DNA of 64,000 nucleotides from Oculina patagonica (Eukaryota): NCBI RefSeq assembly GCF_052425735.1, contig NC_135759.1, positions 1,116,001 to 1,180,000 of the forward strand, read 5' to 3'. Shown piece by piece: positions 63,111 to 64,000 of this stretch (position 1 is its first letter; each line of letters starts with the position of its first letter). The notes under the pieces were generated by a model. It saw only the letters and a program-made list of their open reading frames with translations, ran no database searches and was not told where the DNA came from. The position numbers and the translations under genes were made by a program.

Positions 63111-64000
63111 ATGGACGCTAAAATACTGGTTAGTACTCCTCTTCTCTGAAGATGTTAAGATAATGAGAAAAAAAAAATCGTAAGCCTTTTTCCGAAGAGT
63201 GGCGTGAGTATCCCCGAAACTGAAATACAAAAATCGTTAAGATTTTAGGAGTAGAAGTCCGTTTCAGCTGGAAAAATTCCCAAGTTATCGCTGTTAATTT
63301 AATTCAATCGGTTAATTCAACTGTACTACTGTCTTGTCGAGAACTATAAGATAACTGTAATTAATGCACAATGAAAATATCACACAGATGCAGCTTTATA
63401 AGATTGATAAAAGGCGGTAGCCGGTCATTCAGGTGAAATTACGGGAGAAAGAACAAAGTAGACCTAAGAGAAGAGAAGAGAACAAAAAGACTACTTGAAA
63501 CTCTTTTAACTGTATTGTAAGTCTTGCAAGAGAAGAAATAGGAATGAAAGCGGAAGAATTGTTTAACAGGAGAGAAGGAATTAAGGAGCTGATATTTTTT
63601 AAGCCAATTGCAAAAGATGGGTAGTGTATAAAAAAACTGCTTGTAACAGGGCCAAATTATCTTGGTAACTTTGAACGTCCCATTAAAAAATTAGCCTTAT
63701 ATTCACATTCATTTCAATTTCTATTTTTACCGTCTGCGGTTTAATAGGCGTACATTATCACAATCTATATGTTTGCAGCTCTTTTTAACGATCACGACTG
63801 TTATCAGCTACCTACGGTTAGCAACAGTCAGCGGTCTATCCATCGCTGCAGAGGAACTTGGTTCTGTAGACAGAGATGGCAACCAAACGGAATGGGCAAC
63901 TTATCCGCTTAAACCACTCCCGCAAAAACCCCAGATCCCGAGAGTTTGGCCATTATGGTGCAAGACGTACACGCAAGCACAGCTAATAATAATGCTGAAC
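63111..64000 (+). CDS. Cystine-knot family gene 12 (type B), partial (runs off the window)
   Basis: Coding exon 63111-63128 (MDAKIL|GTTAGT) and acceptor gtttgcag|63779; LFLTITTVISYLRLATVSG..WCKTYTQAQL. Confidence 0.82.

Overview
AT-rich eukaryotic (animal) genomic DNA with spliceosomal introns, two 500-N scaffold gaps and many MITE/SINE/LINE repeats. The repeat types look anthozoan/coral-like, but that is inference. The window is dominated by a tandem cluster of about 12 paralogous genes for secreted cysteine-rich proteins. They resemble the trunk/PTTH/noggin/IL-17 cystine-knot group: signal peptide, an 'L..LGG.N..YMA...EA.KF' segment, and a C-terminal 'CxxC..T.LG.D.(I/F)P(R/K)YINEVTC...C...C...Y(T/A)QxIRxCCxC' domain. 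Nearly all copies have an exon ending in a 2-6 codon ATG stretch that is spliced in phase 0 to one large coding exon, so most ORF-track starts are wrong. The cluster shows birth-and-death evolution. One copy is frameshifted, one is a 5'-truncated chimera, two lack a promoter, and one promoter carries a full-length L1/Tx1-like LINE. In one paralog the G-RRRR processing segment is amplified into about 13 tandem 46-aa units and the cystine knot is absent, giving a neuropeptide-precursor-like layout. The contig between the two gaps is probably inverted in the assembly. An inverted repeat with arms of about 2.6 kb lies at 55.7-62.5 kb.
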